DNA of 56,909 bases from Paraspadella gotoi. Lineage: Eukaryota > Animalia > Chaetognatha. The stretch is from NCBI GenBank assembly GCA_051294375.1, contig CM119268.1, positions 3,952,644-4,009,552 on the forward strand, in the 5' to 3' direction. A model generated the notes under the pieces. It saw only the letters and a program-made list of their open reading frames with translations. It was not told where the DNA came from and made no database searches. The position numbers and the translations under genes are program-made. Each line of letters begins with the position of its first letter. The first letter of the stretch is position 1. Positions 55,012 to 56,909 of this stretch are shown piece by piece.

Positions 55012-56249
55012 NNNNNNNNNNNNNNNNNNNNNNNNNNNNNNNNNNNNNNNNNNNNNNNNNNNNNNNNNNNNNNNNNNNNNNNNNNNNNNNNNNNNNNNNN
55101 NNNNNNNNNNNNNNNNNNNNNNNNNNNNNNNNNNNNNNNNNNNNNNNNNNNNNNNNNNNNNNNNNNNNNNNNNNNNNNNNNNNNNNNNNNNNNNNNNNNN
55201 NNNNNNNNNNNNNNNNNNNNNNNNNNNNNNNNNNNNNNNNNNNNNNNNNNNNNNNNGGCAAGGATGGGATAGGGAAGGGGTTGTAGAAGGGATAGGGAAG
55301 GGGTTGTAGATGGGTTAGTGAAGGGGACAGTGATCAAAAGCGAGACAAGAAATAGTAAATTAAGGGGTAGAAATTAAGGGGTAGAAATTAAGGGGTAGAA
55401 ATTGAGAAGTGAGGGGCGCAGGGTTATAAAAAGAGACTATTGTTTAGTGACGGGATGTGACGGGATGTAGAAGGCTCCAGCGATGGGATGTAGAAGGCTC
55501 CAGCGACGGCATCTAGAAGGGTCCCTGCCGTTTAAGGAATTGGCGGGAAATTTTGAATATCGTTTCTCGACTTAATTTATTCAACTACGTAAATTGAGTG
55601 AGCGAGTTGTGATTTAGAGAGTTAAGTAATGAAGCGGCTGGGGNNNNNNNNNNNNNNNNNNNNNNNNNNNNNNNNNNNNNNNNNNNNNNNNNNNNNNNNN
55701 NNNNNNNNNNNNNNNNNNNNNNNNNNNNNNNNNNNNNNNNNNNNNNNNNNNNNNNNNNNNNNNNNNNNNNNNNNNNNNNNNNNNNNNNNNNNNNNNNNNN
55801 NNNNNNNNNNNNNNNNNNNNNNNNNNNNNNNNNNNNNNNNNNNNNNNNNNNNNNNNNNNNNNNNNNNNNNNNNNNNNNNNNNNNNNNNNNNNNNNNNNNN
55901 NNNNNNNNNNNNNNNNNNNNNNNNNNNNNNNNNNNNNNNNNNNNNNNNNNNNNNNNNNNNNNNNNNNNNNNNNNNNNNNNNNNNNNNNNNNNNNNNNNNN
56001 NNNNNNNNNNNNNNNNNNNNNNNNNNNNNNNNNNNNNNNNNNNNNNNNNNNNNNNNNNNNNNNNNNNNNNNNNNNNNNNNNNNNNNNNNNNNNNNNNNNN
56101 NNNNNNNNNNNNNNNNNNNNNNNNNNNNNNNNNNNNNNNNNNNNNNNNNNNNNNNNNNNNNNNNNNNNNNNNNNNNNNNNNNNNNNNNNNNNNNNNNNNN
56201 NNNNNNNNNNNNNNNNNNNNNNNNNNNNNNNNNNNNNNNNNNNNNNNNN
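55012..56249. other. Assembly gaps (55012-55256 and 55644-56249; smaller gaps at 44134-44158 and 53647-53656)
   Basis: Runs of N. Confidence 0.99.
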
Positions 56250-56909
56250 GACGAGGGTACGTGCCCCGGCCTGCACACAAGAAGATGTATGAATATTGGA
56301 TAGTCTAAGCGTTGGTGGCGTTGCTCTCGGATCCGGGCTCGAAAGACCTGGATGTACGGATGGACTTATGGTTAAATGCCCGCTCGTCTTATATGAAATG
56401 GAAGTTAAAAAGGATGCAAAAAGAAATTGACCAGAGGTCGAGCGAATGAAATGGAAACGAACTTGAAGATAAAGTAAAATGATTGGGATCGTATTTTCCA
56501 AAAAACTAAAAGGTTAGTTTTCAGGTTCAAAAATTAGGTTATGGGTGAGGGTAAAGATAGGTAAGGTAAGGGTATGGTTAGGTTTAGGCTTAGGGTTAAG
56601 GATTGAGGTTTAGGGTGAGGTAATAGAATTAAGGATTAGGGTTAAAATTAAGTTCAGGAATTTTTCGGGAATTCAAAGGCAAAAACAGCAACAACTGCAG
56701 TGCAACCAGAGAATTGCCAAGCGCATAAAGCACGCATCTTGAATTTCACAAACCACGAACGCTTGGCGCGTCACAAGCGGCCCCGTCGCCCAGCGTCAAG
56801 TTTGCCACGCCCAGTTCCAACGCCACACCCATCTTGGGCGCCCCAAAGACGACGTTCGCCTTTTTTTCGGTCAACAACGAATTCAGAAAACGTTTAGCGT
56901 CGTTCCTTC

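Noticed and set aside
54833-56501. Long ORFs spanning N-runs
   Set aside because: They are artefacts of translating assembly gaps.

Overview
This is eukaryotic DNA from an invertebrate-type animal genome. GC3-rich exons sit in AT-rich, microsatellite-dense introns, and there are four N-gaps. I assembled six spliced genes by hand, with exon phases checked for consistency. (1) The last coding exon of HELLS/LSH (+, 1891-2911). (2) A 27-exon FCHO1/2-family muniscin with F-BAR, AP2-activator motif and mu-homology domain (+, 3409-16781). (3) A small C1orf87-like EF-hand-type gene absent from the ORF track (-, 18129-19887). (4) A 3-exon TNF-superfamily (Eiger-like) ligand (+, 24510-27994). (5) A SKICH + coiled-coil + UBZ-type zinc-finger gene of the TAX1BP1/CALCOCO autophagy-receptor class (-, 31785-42030). 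(6) A very basic orphan gene (-, 46482-50722). Repeats include a foldback MITE with an 8-bp target-site duplication, a TA-flanked MITE, a ~190-bp dispersed repeat, Helentron-like ends and a 53-bp minisatellite. A 2.1-kb duplication flanking a gap is probably an assembly artefact. The most interesting leads are: a donor directly after the HELLS stop plus a branch-point/acceptor just before FCHO, suggesting a bicistronic or operon-like arrangement; an acidic WxxF-type alternative terminal exon in FCHO; CLEAR/M-box motifs upstream of the autophagy receptor; and unusually frequent AAG acceptors. I found no prokaryote-style system (CRISPR, rRNA, tRNA). All family assignments come from motif recognition, not database searches.
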